Source: Azolla caroliniana
Taxonomy: Eukaryota > Plantae > Polypodiophyta
Direction of reading: 5' to 3'
DNA: 64,000 nt
NCBI GenBank assembly: GCA_043228905.1
Contig: JBHGNT010000018.1
Location: forward strand, 17,360,001-17,424,000
Under the pieces are notes generated by a model that saw nothing but the letters and a program-made list of their open reading frames with translations, searched no databases and was not told where the DNA came from. Shown here in pieces: positions 13,815 through 27,700 of this stretch; positions within the stretch are counted from its first letter, which is position 1, and each line of letters begins with the position of its first letter. A program made the translations under genes and the position numbers.

Positions 13815-16526
13815 ACTTACTATTGATCGATCAAGCCAAGTGCCTTTTCTTCTTCTTTCTTCTTTCTTCTTCAAATGGATACAGTTGTTGATCTCCTAAA
13901 CCTACCTGCAGTATGATCCTCCACACGTCAAGAACAAATTCCACGCATTAAACTGTACATGACACACACACACACACACACAGATAGACAACGTGGAGGT
14001 CTACTAACTCCTCCATCATTTACCAAGCTTCTCCTCGCGACTTGACTTACGCAGAAAACTCTTTCAGTCTTATTTGCATCACAGTGCCTCCATAAGACTA
14101 TTGGCTTCGGTTTCAGAGAAGAAATTAGTTTTGAGGGTACAATTGGAGGACCAAGAACTTGGTTTTTGCCTTTGCCTGAACCTGTAGAACCAGCTTTCCA
14201 TCACTCGTGAACGTGAAATCTCCTGCAGCACTTTCTACTCACTTTTTTTTCCCCAATGCTCAACACTATTTCGCACGAATTCAACGGAGTGATTAAACGA
14301 ACCTTCCCATTTTCTGCAACATAAAGATGGATGTAAATATCTTCTTCTTCTACTTCTGAATGAGATTATCTCAAGCGCATCAAGTCTAACAAGCTCTACT
14401 TCCCCATCTCCTGTGACAAGGTATTGTCCTTTGCACCATCTTTTGGATAAACCCCAACGGAGATCTTTCTCGATTTTCTCTCATAGAACCTTCGATGTTT
14501 TTTTGTTCCCCTCATTTTTCAGGTTCCTTTGATTTATTCATCTTCTTATAACATCACTTTTCTACGCGTGGATAAAATACTGTAAGTAAAAAACAATTCC
14601 TTTTCCCTCCGTTCATTATCTGTACAGAAAGAAAGAGAACGAGAGGGAAATCTCCGTTCGTGTATTACTACAAGTCAAAATTTGAGTTTGGGAAGTTTCT
14701 TTGATTTATCTCTTTACATTCGGGTGATATTGTTTGTGGAGTTTTGGACAAAACGTCGTTTTGATCCATCCAATCAGAGGCATTTTAAGGATTTTCGTTT
14801 TTGGCGTTCATTGATTATTCGAGAAAAATTTCTTTTGAAAACTCTGTTTGATTTTCTCCTCATGTTATTTTGTGGAGAGTATGTTCTCATTGAAGATAAA
14901 GACACTCGTTTGAGTTTCTTTTCATATGAATTTTCTTTTGGTAATGTTCATGCATTACTCTCAATCAAAATTTGGTCCAACCATTCCTTTGCATCGTATT
15001 GTGGAACTCCGTTTTGCTTTCATATGAAAAACTAGGGAAATTCGTGTGTTCATGCATGTCATTCTGTTTATGGATGTTCATCCGTCCAAATGGAGACATA
15101 TCAAGGATTCTCGTTTTGCTATTCATTTATGCCTCCGTTTGATTGAAGGTCAACAATGACCTGTTGTATGCCTTTGATGGTTTGTATAAACCAAGAACTT
15201 TGATATCCAGGAGACAACAAGATAATATGCTCTTTCTGTCTAACATGTCTGGAGTTTGGGTATTTAATATTTGCTGTTACTAGAAATCCATAGGTTTTCA
15301 GATTATTGTACCATATCATTTATGCCTCCAATCTTCCTAGCTTGTGCATATACTTGACCCTCAGCCTTTATGCTAAATAAATAATCAATGAAAGAGTGGA
15401 AAATTTGTTCCTTGTACGTGATGTTTATGCAACAGGAATAACTCATTTGTTGGTTAAAGAATCATTTGTTAGTAAGGATCATTGTATGTATGCCTTCATT
15501 CTTCTTAGTTGTATCAATAAAAGGTCATGGCATCTATTTCTTTTAACATCCAGCAGATCAGAAATGTGTCCTTTCTGTGCAACATTTTTGAAAAACGAGT
15601 GACTACTATTGTCAACATTAAATGCGTAACTGGTATTTTGCTCTAATGTATTTTTTGTTGCATTCAAATCTTTTGAGCTTGGAAAACCACAAGCTGTAGC
15701 TTTTGTGCTAAAGGATAGCATGCGATGGAGTACATACCATGTCTATATTTCACTAATGACTTAAAGGGAGGTTGTTTACCACATGTTTGTTACTTGCTCG
15801 GTTCATCTATTTGTAATTTGTTGACAAAGTGTGCCCCTGTGAAAATGTTTTTTGGATATGGGTCCGAATGGTTGTCCCACTTGTGGTAATATGTTCCTGT
15901 ATGGGACTGGGACTGAATGGTTGTTCTTTGGTTGAGTATGCTATCATTTGAACCAGCTCATGCACATTTCTAGGCATAGATGTCATGGTTTAGCAATTAT
16001 ATGTAATGACCAAGAATGGAAGCATTCAAGTGCATGATAGATGTCGTGTCTAGCCCATGTTGAAGTTCAAAATTAAGAGACTCAACATGTTGGTGGCAGG
16101 CCTTCAATTCTTTGTTAAAGATAATTGAGAACCAAGAAAACACTCATTTTTTGACCTATTTAAGAATGGAAGTCTTGTGTTTTCTATCCACAGAAATATA
16201 ATGATCGGAAATACATAAATTACCTTATAGAGTAATGGTCCATAGTACGTAATACTCTCGAATGCGTTGGCAAACATTCTTCTTCATTCGAATGCAAATG
16301 GATGTGTATGTTATCAATAAGGAATACCTTAAAGTTTTTACCTTAAAAAACAAATTACCTTATAATAAATAAGGAATACAAAAGTTAGTTATCTACCATA
16401 CTTTGAGGGTGTTTACCATACTTGAATGATTGAAACATTTTCCAATGAAGGTTTTGAATTGAGGAACCTTTTAGATATTGTCCTAGAGCATTGCATTAAT
16501 ATTGGGGTTGATTTTTCTGTTGAATT

Positions 16527-16884
16527 GCAATGATGTGCATGTCATTACAGTAAGAGTGATGCAAGATTTGGAATCATCCAGGGGTTTGGAAACCCCATGG
16601 ACTGATGGGAAAGAGTGACTTGACTGAGCTGTAATGATGTCCATATGTCTTTACAGCAAGACTGATGAAAGTTTTGGAATCATTCAGGGGTTTGGAAACC
16701 CCATGGACTGATGGGAAAGAGTGACATGATTGAGCTGCAATGATGTGCATATGTCTTTACAGCAAGACTGATGCAAGATTTGGAATTATTCAGGGGTTTC
16801 GAAACCCCATGGATTGATGGGAAGGAGTGACTTGACTGAGCTGCAATGATGTGCATATGTCTTTACCGCAAGACTGATGCAAGA
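16527..16884 (+). repeat. ~106-bp tandem repeat, ~3.3 copies
   Basis: Units start at ~16527, 16630, 16736 and 16842. The three full units contain the palindrome GGGGTTT(G/C)GAAACCCC. Confidence 0.9.
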
Positions 16885-17714
16885 GTTGGAGAAATTCCTC
16901 GAGCATTGATTTTATCCATATGCCTTCTTTTAGCTGCTAAAGCCGCGACAACACATCCAACTTTGGTGGATGACAATGCTACGGTAGTATGTGTCTTCAA
17001 CTTCCACAAAATTGCATCGCCAGCAACTGTGTAAACATAACCACCTGTTGACTTGCGGTCATCCACATCTACCCCCCAATCAGAGTAACACCAACCAAAT
17101 TGTTGACTGGAGGGGTTTGTCCATCCTTGCACAAGTGTGGTTGACTCAGATTGTGTGGCTGATTAAGTCAATGTATAATGGTGAATATGTTTCAAATATC
17201 GTAGTAATCGCTTGACCGCTATCCAATGCTTTGGTCTTGGATTGGCCATGAAACAAGAAACAAAACCAACGGCAAAACAAATATATGGACGTGTGCATCT
17301 TTCTAGGTATCTTATACATTTATGTATTTGTTTATAAGGCACATCCTTCATTTCGGAAATTTCTCGTTCTATTTTTGGAGAATCATCATTTGAGAGTTTA
17401 CAAGGAGAGGTAAGCGGAGTACTAATGGACTTATTATGGAGCATATCAAACCTTTGGAGAATGGGATTAATATAGTTTGATTGTGATAATGAGATAGTAT
17501 GATTTGTTCCATTTTGAGTTACTTTAATGCCAAGAAAATGTGTCATAGTGCCTAAATTCGTGATATGAAAGGCATATGCAAGTTCCTTCTTTGCAATAGT
17601 TAGATAAGATTTAGAATTAGAGATCAAGTGCAAATCATCGACATAGACACCAATGATAACAAAAATGGATTTGACTTTTCTAATATAGATATTTGGCTCA
17701 TTGTTTTGATGATG

Positions 17715-20340
17715 ATGAGTTGGCGTGATAGCATCATCACCAATGGTCTCTCTACTTGCGTCCACATGAAAGATGGTAGTCTTGGAGCCCAAACCGCTGA
17801 TGCATACATGAGGGAGGGGGTCACTAATGAGTCAAAGAGCCACCCTTTAGTCCATGGCCCTTGAAAGTGTGCTTGGTGGCATTGTCTCTCTAGAAGTGAG
17901 AGGGATGCATGTCCTCTCTTGAGTCTATCCTTCGCTGCATGTGTCATCGAAAATTTACATGAGCGGGCACTAAAAGTGACTCCGAGATAGACGTACGATC
18001 CAACCACCTCGACTGGGCTATGGGAGATAGTTAGGTGACACTTAGCTCTAACTTGGGCCGATGTGTGGAAGATAAGGACTTTCGTTTTCCCTAGATTCAC
18101 TACCAATCCTCGTTGTACACAAAAGTCATCTAAGGCATTAAGGTGCCTCTGTAGGTCGTGTTCGGATTCAGAGAGCAAAACTATGTCATCCGCATAGAGC
18201 AAGATACGAACCTGCGTATCCCCAAGGACCACTCCGGTGCCTCCCTCACGAGCAATAAAATCTGTGATCTCATCAATGTAGATCCCAAAAAGCGTCGGTG
18301 ATAGGGGGCAACCTTGTTTTACACCAATAGTGCTAGTGACACGATTGGATAGGCCACCTGGGCATCGGACACACCCGGACACTTGTTCATATAGTGCGTA
18401 GATGGCCCATACCATATCATATGGTATCCTCAAGCTTTTAAGTCTATCAAACAACCGCTCTCTAGGGACTGTGTCAAAGGCTTTGCGGAAGTCCACAAAA
18501 CAACAATATAATTTCTTCTTGCGAGCCTTAGTTTGGTCAATTAGGCATCTAAGTGTGAAGATATGATCAATAGTGGAGAAGGCTCGTCTAAAGCCAGCTT
18601 GTTCAGGTGCACGAAGGTTTAGGGTCTCCATGTAGTCGCTAAGCTCTGCTTCCATTCTTGCACCATATAACTTAGCAAGGGTATGGCCTATCATAATGGT
18701 CCTATATGTATTTGGGTCCATGGGGTCCCCCCCTTTATGTATGGGGGCCACTATATTCATAGTCCAATGTGGTGGAAAACCCTCCGCAAGGGCACGATTG
18801 AAGATTAGAGTTAGCAAGGGAGCTAGGCACTCTCTCGCATATATAATGTGTTCTGCTCGCAATCCTGTGTGGTCCATGGACTTCCTATGTTGTAATTTCT
18901 TTATGACCTTCATGACCCTAGAGGTCGTGAAAAGTGTCCCCGTGGTAGGCCGGGGTGTGGAAAGCATTGGAAAGGGTGGTTGGTTTGGGATTTGGTAAAG
19001 TCTCTCTGTATATGTGTGCCAAGTTTTGGGATCTTCGATGGGTGTGTGTGGTCTTGGCTCCTGTAGTCTCTTCCATGCCGTGGCGCAATCGCTACTCATG
19101 AGCATATGGTAGAGTTCCCAGTATTGGGATGCCTCCCACGCTCGTCTCTTATGACGTGTCATCTTACGCATTGCTTTGCGAGCTTGTATGGAGGTAATAC
19201 TACCATTGAGTTGCGATATTGTAAGTTGTCTATGTAGGTCCCTACAATCCTCGTCATACCATTTATTTTGTGGCATTGATCCTGATCTACCTTGATTTGA
19301 GTGTTTTGTATATGGGAAACTGCTAGCTGCTGCGGAGTGGAGGATGTGTGTGAGTTTTGTACTAAGGCTTTCTAACGGTAGGGAGAGATCAAGGGAGGGG
19401 AGATGGGCCTGAACATGTTGAGAGTATATGTCAGAGAGCTCATGTGTGAAATGTATTGTGGTGTGATGGCATGGTTGACTAGACTTGGCGAGCTTAGAGA
19501 TATCACATTTTAGCTCGAAGTATAAGAAACTATGGTCTGCGCCAATAGGGCATGCGGCCACTCGGAAGGAGTTAATCATGTGGGTAGCTTCAGGGCGCCC
19601 TATTAGATAGTCAACTGTGCTTTCCCCTCCTCCATGTGGGAAACATGTGAGCTCTTTCGAGCCCGGCCACTTAGCTAAACCTTTATATATGACCATCTGG
19701 TGCCGACTGCCAAGTTCGAGCAGATGATGGCCAAAGCTCGTGGCGTCCGCACCTTGATCCTTTGATCTACGTGTGGTGCCTATGTCTAAAGGATCAACAT
19801 TTACCATATCTAGGTTTCTATTCATCTAAAATACTGTGCATTGTCGGGATTGGGTTCTCGCATTGAAGTCTCCTACAAGAAATACTTCTCCTTGGGAAGA
19901 ATATCGGATTATGTCATCCGATAGGGTTCGTATGGAGAAGGCCCATGTGGCATTCCTTCATCGACTAATCTCGTCAAGCCACCAATATTATAACGGGATC
20001 CTTTTGGGGGAAAGTAACAAATGGCGAAAAATACTGCATGGTCTTTGCTTGTGGAGACTTTCACCCACATAAAACGAGCTTCTGGGTCTATCTTCATTAT
20101 TTCTATCCTATTATGTAGCTCTCTACGAAATAGTATTGCGACACCTCCAGATCCCCTAGTAGTGTGTCGACGTGAGGTTTGTCTAAAAGCGAACTCCCAA
20201 CGGAATCCTTCGACCCGTGGGAGTCCTCTATTTGGGCTCTGATGTGTTTCTACCAAGAAAAGTATATCAGATACCTTTAGTATCTCCTCTAGGCGGTCGA
20301 GGTGTGCCCAGAGTGCGCCATTACAATTCTATAGGGTCAT
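17715..20340 (-). pseudogene. LINE ORF2 (APE + reverse transcriptase) with N-terminal stops and a frameshift
   Basis: GSGGVAILF, VGDFNAR, STVDY, GADH, EQAGFR, FVDFRKAFDTV, GVKQGCPLSP, LYADD, YLGV. Confidence 0.9.
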
Positions 20341-20376
20341 CCTAAGTGCATTTTCTGTCACTTCGGCCACACGCCG

Positions 20377-21189
20377 TCAATTAGTAGTGCGATCATTTAT
20401 GATCACTCGCCCGTCTTGGTAAAAGGCGCGATGGCCTTCTTTACGAGCTTGCATAACTCGTGGCATACAACTCTTGCGATGCTCAATTTGCATCTTAGTG
20501 AGGTCTTCATCGAGATAGATGGGGTCCCCATCCATTCCTCGAAGGATTGGTCTCTTCTTAAAGAAAGTGATTCTAGAGTCTAAGACTTTAAATTGAAGGA
20601 CTAAGGCTCTCTTCCTAGTTGTGTCACGCCCGGCCCTCCATGCTTTGGTGATAGGTAGGGCCTCTGTGTACCCTAACATTTTCCCAAGTGTTTGTGTGTC
20701 CTCATTTGGGGTTGCACCTTCCTTGAGCCCAGTGACACGTACATTTAAGCGTCGGGTCTGACGCATTTTCTATTCTTCAAGGGTGGTATTAACAATATTT
20801 TCATCTTTTATTTCTTTTTTAATGTTTCTTTTAACCACATCTACCCAACCTGTTTTAGCTAACTCTATGTTATTATTAACTTCCTCTTTAACTTTTTTAA
20901 TTTCGTCCTTTATATCCTCTATAGAGGATATTTCACCTTCTTCTCGAGATACCTCGATGTCCTTAAGTTGTTTTTTAAGGTCGATGTTTTCTACTTTAAG
21001 TTGTTCTATTTCGGCCTTGAGGGCATCTTTTTCCTCTCTATCTTTTTTCTTGTGGGTTTCGGTGTCTTTCACCCATTTTTTCATATCCATTTCTATTTTT
21101 GTTAAACAATTAAACATATCTAAAAAGTCCTCCTTACTTATAGCCTCGTCTTGTATATCCTTATGTTCCTTAGGCCGTCTAGACGTCAT
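20377..21189 (-). pseudogene. LINE ORF1 (coiled coil + RRM-like region) with one in-frame stop at 20770
   Basis: ORFs 20770-21300 and 20377-20766 are in the same frame. Coiled-coil region, then RRLNVRVTGLKE and IYLDEDLT motifs. Confidence 0.75.
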
Positions 21190-24100
21190 TGTGGTGTCAA
21201 TAAGAAAAAAAAGGTAAAATAAATGGGTTCGAGACTTAGCCGAGTTTGTGTGTATGTCGCAATCACATCGGCATTTTGTAGCGCGCGACGAGCACACCAA
21301 AAGAACCCACCCACGAACTCGTCAAGAAAATGGCACTTCACCACATCAAGAGAAAAGGGAGAAGAAACACCCCGTGACGGCGACGGCGACGGTGGCAGTC
21401 GTCAAACGACGGTAGATGACGGCAGCAGACGGCAGACGGCGGCAGTAGACGGCAGACGACTGCAAACTGTAGAAGACAGCTGTAGACGGTAGCAGACGGC
21501 GACGACCGCAGATAACCGTAGTCGTCGGACGATGAAAACAAACGACGGTGACGACACTAGCCGGCGACAGCAACGGCAGAGAGAGGCGAGGAAGCGAGAG
21601 AGGGAGAGAGAGAGCAGATGACGACGGCGACGGCAACGACAGCGACAGCAACGCAACGGTAGAGAGAGCCCTTAGAGAGAGAGAGAAGGGTAGAGCAGAG
21701 GGTTGTGATAGGGTAGGGTAGAGAGAGAATGTAGAGAGAGTGTGTGTGTGGAGAGAGAGAAGGGTAGAACAGAGGGTTGTGAGAGAGCCGGGTACAGAGG
21801 GTTGTGAGAGAGAGCCCTGACTGACCCACAAAGAGATGGGCTTGAAAGGTTCTTTTGGCAAACCATGGACTAGATTATTACATTGTAATATTTTTAGAGC
21901 ATTGAAATGTGTATGGCCTAGACGAAAGTGCCATAGAGAAGAAAGAGAATGAAGATTGGTTAAAGATATGGAGGATTGTATTGGGGTAGAATGATGTGCA
22001 TCTAAATGAGAGAGATAGAAATGCATTTTATGGGATATAATCCTCCTCATTTGCAACAAGTTCTAATAGGTTTTGCATTTGTGGCTTTATGTTTAGTAAT
22101 AGTAGGGTTATAATGAAATTCTATGATAGTACCATTTGTCGTTGCTTGACTAACCAATACCACGTGTTTGGTGATTCCTGGGCCATAGAGAACTTCATTG
22201 ATTGTGAAATGTCTTCCTCTTGTGAGCTCCAAAGGAATTTTACCCTTGCCAATACCTTGTTGAGTCCCATTGTTACCAAATCTTACTATGATAGGGGGTT
22301 GAACTTCAATATAATTAGATAACCAATCTTTTCCATGAGTTATGTGGTTCGTAGCACCAATGTCAAGATACCATATGTCATTTTTTCATTGCTTGGATTT
22401 GGTGTCGTGACGGGAAGTGATTCGACAATGAATGCTTGAAGAACATCGTCATACTTGTCACCATTTTGATATCCCTTATCATCATCCATTTCTTCTTCAA
22501 CAAGATGGGCTTGTACATGCCTCCAAGGTAGATAATCCTTGAAACTTGACTTTGAGTGTCAATCTTTTGTTGTATGATTAGTACGTTTACATATTTTATA
22601 ATAGGTATTGTTGAACTGCATTCCTCGTAGTTTAGTAGTGTTTTGATCTTTCTTTATCCATGGCTTTGAGATTTCTCCTCTTTGGTTGTACCTTTTATTT
22701 TTGTATGCTATCATTGCCACGCTTGCAGTTGAATTTGAAGTCCTTTGTGAACGCATTATTTCTTCCTGTCTAATATTTGCAAGAAGATCAACTTTATTGA
22801 ACAATTTATAGAGTTTTGGGTGGTTTTGAAAGTGGGCCGCGAGTGAGGAAGAGCACCAAGAAGGAGAATCTTTTGTAATTTACCATGGATTTCTAATCCC
22901 GAAGGTAACACATCATCGAATTTCTTTTGCCATATTTAAAGAAATTCACCAACCAGTTGTTCATCAATCATTTTGTAATTGACGAGTGCTTGAAGTGTAT
23001 GAGCTCGTTGGGCATCGTTTTTTGGTTCGTCGATAGTTTGCAAATGCTTTCACATTTCTTGGGCCGTATCCATTTTTCGTATGTTTTGCGGATGCCGTCA
23101 CTTACGTGCATTAGAATTTCCATTCTTGCGCATAGGTCTTTTTCCTCATATTCTTTAAGTTCTTCTCCTTTTTCAGGTTTTGTTAATGATCTTGAAATTA
23201 TGTCCCATAGTTTATTATATTTAAAGAGTAATTCTAATCTTCCCTACCATATTCGATAAATTGTGTTTGCCAGTTTGTTGATTGTAAACTTTCGCATGTT
23301 GGGTTGCGACGACGACATGGATTGTGCATTTATTGCAGAGGATTGTCTTGATTAGTGCTTGGCAAACACAAACTTGACTTTCATTATTTCTCAACTTTAG
23401 TCACTACAAATTTGCTTCCTCAGTGATCACACATTCAGTGGAAGCGATCACATGCTGCTCGGTTTTGAGACAATTAGACCAGAAAAAGAAGACAGAGAAT
23501 AATTTTTTACCGGACGAAAACTAGAAAGAGAATATTCTACGGTCCAAAGAGAGAGAAAAATGAAAAATAAGAAAACGAGTGCATCGCAGCCGTTGAGAAA
23601 AAACATTTCTAGAAAAATAAAAGGACGACATCCAGCCCATCGGAACCGTGCGCCGTCGGATGGACGTGAGAACGGCGGATAGACGTGAGAATCCAACGAC
23701 CCACGATTGCTTACTTACAACGCAAACTGTCTTCTGCCCATTTCCTGACAGAGAAACATCAGTTGCAAGAATTTCGAACAGTCAGAGAGAGAGAGCGCGC
23801 AAGGAGCTTTGAACACCATCGCCATCCTGCTCAACCCATTCATCGAAGCGACCTGAACAGCAGTTGCCTTGCAGGGTAAGGAGGAACCCACATTCTTAAT
23901 ATATGGACATGACAATTACCTGCAGAATCGTATCTGATCAATCGTATACTAGTTAGTAGGTGGGACATCACCTTCACCTGCCTCGGCTTCAATTGACAAT
24001 CAATCCAACCCAGAATATGGTTGCTGCTAGCGTGGTCAAAGATACCCAAATCAGTCCTACTGATGAATTGGCAGGATTACTATTAGATGAGAAGGAGGTG

Positions 24101-24494
24101 GAAGACTTCCAACAGTTGATGCTTCAATTCCTCCACCAAACAGAAGAAGATCAATCAATCAGGATTGACTCCTTGGAGCTTCCCATCAGATCAACTTCCG
24201 ACGACAATGTGGACTTATATGCAGACGAGCTAGAGCAATTCCTGCTCCTGCATCAGGAAAATCAAGAGATACCTGAAGCTCTGACATCCGCAGGTCCATT
24301 AGGAGCTTCCAATATCAATAAATGTGTGCGAATAAAAAATGTAAACAAGTTTCTGAATTTTTTATGGATGATAAAGCTGCAGCGGGTTGCACAGAATCTA
24401 CCGTCACATCTTTCTGCAACAATTATGCAGAGGAGCTGGTCCTCATGCTTGATGAGGATCACGAAATACTTAAAGATAGTCCTGAAGATCCTCC

Positions 24495-24721
24495 TGTAGA
24501 AATCGGCAACTATACAAATAGAGATTGAGAGAGAGATCACACATACACAAAATTGTTCTATATTAATTGTATATGTTACATTAGCCCAAATGGCTTCTTT
24601 GTAGAGACGATGAACAAAAAGTTATGTCTCTTCAAATGAAGAGTTTTCTCTAAAGTATAATAATAGAAATAACTTTTCGTAATAATAAATAAATATTATA
24701 TTTAGATTAAATATTTCCACA
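24495..24721 (-). repeat. 3' LTR of young copia
   Basis: TGTAGA...TCCACA, 227 bp, adjacent to the PPT. Confidence 0.95.
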
Positions 24722-24745
24722 CCCCCCCTTAAGCTAAATATTATT

Positions 24746-27700
24746 TTATTCAAAAGTATTGTCGTTCGACGAATAGTTTGGCATTGTTAGACCAATCTTT
24801 CGGCAACAAGCGATATGCTTTGTTTGAGGTACTGGCTTTGTTAGAAAATCGGCCCACATTAGTGTTGTGGACGCATACTTCAAATCTAGCTTCTTCTCTT
24901 CGATTAAGTCTCGTAGAAAGTGATGCTTGAAAGAGACATGTCGAATATTATCACTCATTTTTGGATTACAAGCTAACTTGATACATGATTGATTATCACA
25001 ATGAAGGATTAGCTTTGAGGTTTTAAACAAGTTAAGTTCTTCAAGTATGGAATGAATCCATATTCCTTCTTTAGCAGCGAGTGCGGCAGCTACATATTCG
25101 GCTTCCGTTGAAGATAATGCAACCGTTGTTTGCTTCTTAGACCTCCATGCTATAGCGGCTCCGGCGAGACAATATACGAAGCCACTTGTTGACTTACGAC
25201 CATCAACATCCCCCCCCCAATCCGAGTCCGTCCATCCAGATAATTGTGATGGATTGGTCCATCCTTCAAGGTTCATGTTGATGGACTCGGATTGCGATCT
25301 GGAGTAAGTTAACACCATATATTTCGTTCGTTTTAGATAACGTAGTAGTCGTTTTAATGCTTGCCAATGTTTCGGTCCGGGATCCTGCATAAATCTCGAA
25401 AGAATTCCAGCGGTGAAACATAAATCGGGACGTGTACAACTAACAAGGTAGCGTATACATCCAAGAATTTGCTTGTAAGGAACATTGAGCATCTCATCTC
25501 GCTCTTTGATAGTTCGAGGAGCATCTTCGATTGATAATTTGCATGGAGTTGACATGGGTGTCGAGATAGGCTTGCAATGTAGCATGTCAAAACGTTTTAA
25601 TACACTTTCAATGTATTGAGTTTGGGAAAGAGAAATGGTTCCTTTGGCACGATCTCTTTGTAGGTTCATTCCAAGGAAATACTTCATTGGACCAAGGTCA
25701 GTTATTGGAAAAGCTTGTTGAAGTTCCTTCTTCGCAAGTTGTAGATACGCGAGTGAGTTGGCAAGTAGAGGTAAGTCATCGACATAAACACCGATTATGA
25801 TGAAATTATTCTTAGCTCTTTTAATATATACATTTGGTTCATTCTTTAGTCGTTTATATCCATTCTTAGTTAGAAAATTATGAAGTCGATGATACCAAAC
25901 TCGTGGAGATTGTCGTAGACCGTATATAAGGATCGATGTAGGCGACATACAGCATTTGGTTGAGTTGAATCTTCAAAATGTGGTGGTTGTTGCATATAGA
26001 TCTCTTCTTCGAGTTCTCCATGAAGGAAAGCGGTTTGAACATCTAAGTGATGAAGTTCCAAATCAAGTTCGACGGCGAGAGAGACGAATATGCGAAATGT
26101 GATACTTCGCAATGTAGGGCTAAATGTATCTTTGAAGTCGATTCCAGGTATTTGCGAAAAACCACGAGCTACGAGACGAGCTTTGAAACGTATAATATTT
26201 CCAGTAGCATCGGTCTTCTTCCGAAGAACCCACTTACAACTAACAATTTGTCGATCAGGTGGTGGATCGACAAGGCTCCAAGTTTTGTTCTTTAATAAGG
26301 CTGTCATCTCTTCTTCCATGGCTGCTCTCCATTTAGGGCCATCGGTACCAGACAACGCTTCGCGAACGGTAATAATTAATTCATTTGCAGTATCTGGTTC
26401 TTCTTCAACTATGAGAGCGTCCATATCGAGGTCCACAAAGTGTGCCTCGAATTGGTCAAGTTCCTTATAGATATCGGACAAGGAGCGCGTACGACGAGGT
26501 GGTGAGTCGTTATCATATGAGTTTGGATAGTCTTGCGAGGATTGTGATTGTGAGTTAATTGAAACATCACTAGTGATGTCGGGTGAGTGAAGATGAAATG
26601 GCGGAATGATTTGAGAGGTTTGAGGGCTTTCAAGAGTATTTTGAATAGAATTCGAGAAATTAGATAAAGAGATTGGTAAAGTGGTAGATGTATGTAAGCG
26701 TGGTGAAGATAAGGTTGATGTAGAGGATGTGTTTGTGAGGTCATCATAATTTGTAGAGTTAGATGGTGTGAAAACACTATCAAGATGTGGGTTAATATAG
26801 TTAGTTTGTTTAGGTTGGGTATTTCTTTTATATTGGTTGGTTACATTTAAAGATGCATTTTTTATTTTACTTTTATTTTTATTAACTTTAAATTTAAATA
26901 TTGGCTTTTTATGTAGACGGAGTCGAACGGGAGGAGTTCTTGGAGGAGAGGAGATGGGAGGAGATGCAAGGGGTTGATGTGAAGGAGAGATTGGAGGAGG
27001 TGCAAGCGGTGGAGGTAGTGGCTGATCAACGTGAATAAGAGGGCGAGGGATTACCACATAACGATCGACAGCATCGAGGACTTAATCAAAGTGAGAGGCA
27101 ACGTTGATATTGGCGGCTTTTCTTGATCGATTGTTGGCGGCGATAGTAGCGGCATCAACATTCTTCGCTCGATGGCCAGTGGGTATTCTCTTTGAAGGGC
27201 GGCAATTATCATCATCACTGTTGTGTTGGTGGCAAAGGGCGGCATCGACGGCGGTGCTGTTTTGGAGGCGGCGGTCGGCAGCAATAAAGATGTTTTGTTG
27301 GCGGGAGGCGGCGGCGGTAGTGTTGGTTGGGAGGCGGCGGTCGTCAGAACCAGAGATGTTTTCTTGGCGGAAGGAGGCGACGGTGGCGGTGCTGTTTGGG
27401 AGGCGGCGATAGTCTGCAACCGCCATGTCCTTTTGGCGGGAGATGTCGATGGCATCGGTGGCGGCGGCGCTGTTTGGAGGGCAGCAATTATCATCAGCAA
27501 CACTGCTGTTTGGGCGACAAAACGTGGCGGCGGTGGTGGTGGCGGCGACGGCGACGGCGGTGTTTGCAGGGCGGCGAACAGTGGCAGCATCATCTTTTGA
27601 CTGTTCGGCTCCTTCACGAGTATTAATTTTAGGGTTATGCGTTGGTGTCGTGGATTCAAGAAATGGTGACTCATCAAATTTGACGGTACGACTATAAAAG

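Larger units (their letters stand above)
17715..21830 (-). mobile_element. LINE (non-LTR retrotransposon), two-ORF, lacking its 3' end
   Basis: CT/GC-rich 5' UTR (~21190-21830), ORF1, and ORF2 with AP endonuclease and RT. It is inserted inside a copia. Confidence 0.9.
16890..23318 (-). mobile_element. Old degenerate Ty1/copia element, internally deleted and hosting a nested LINE
   Basis: The gag start at 23318 resembles gag of the 24.5-30.5 kb element. Also present: zinc knuckle CKRTNH, protease WYLDIGATNH, LWHFRLGH, RT IGVYVDDL and RNase H SDWGVDVDDRKSTGG. Confidence 0.8.

Noticed and set aside
12900-14450. Conserved plant MIRNA precursor
   Set aside because: No known mature miRNA sequence or convincing hairpin was recognised by eye.
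16527-16884. CRISPR-like array (repeated palindromes)
   Set aside because: Whole units repeat with no unique spacers, there are no cas genes, and the context is eukaryotic.
21223-21870. Overlapping ORFs on both strands
   Set aside because: GC/CT-rich LINE 5' UTR that is poor in stop codons.
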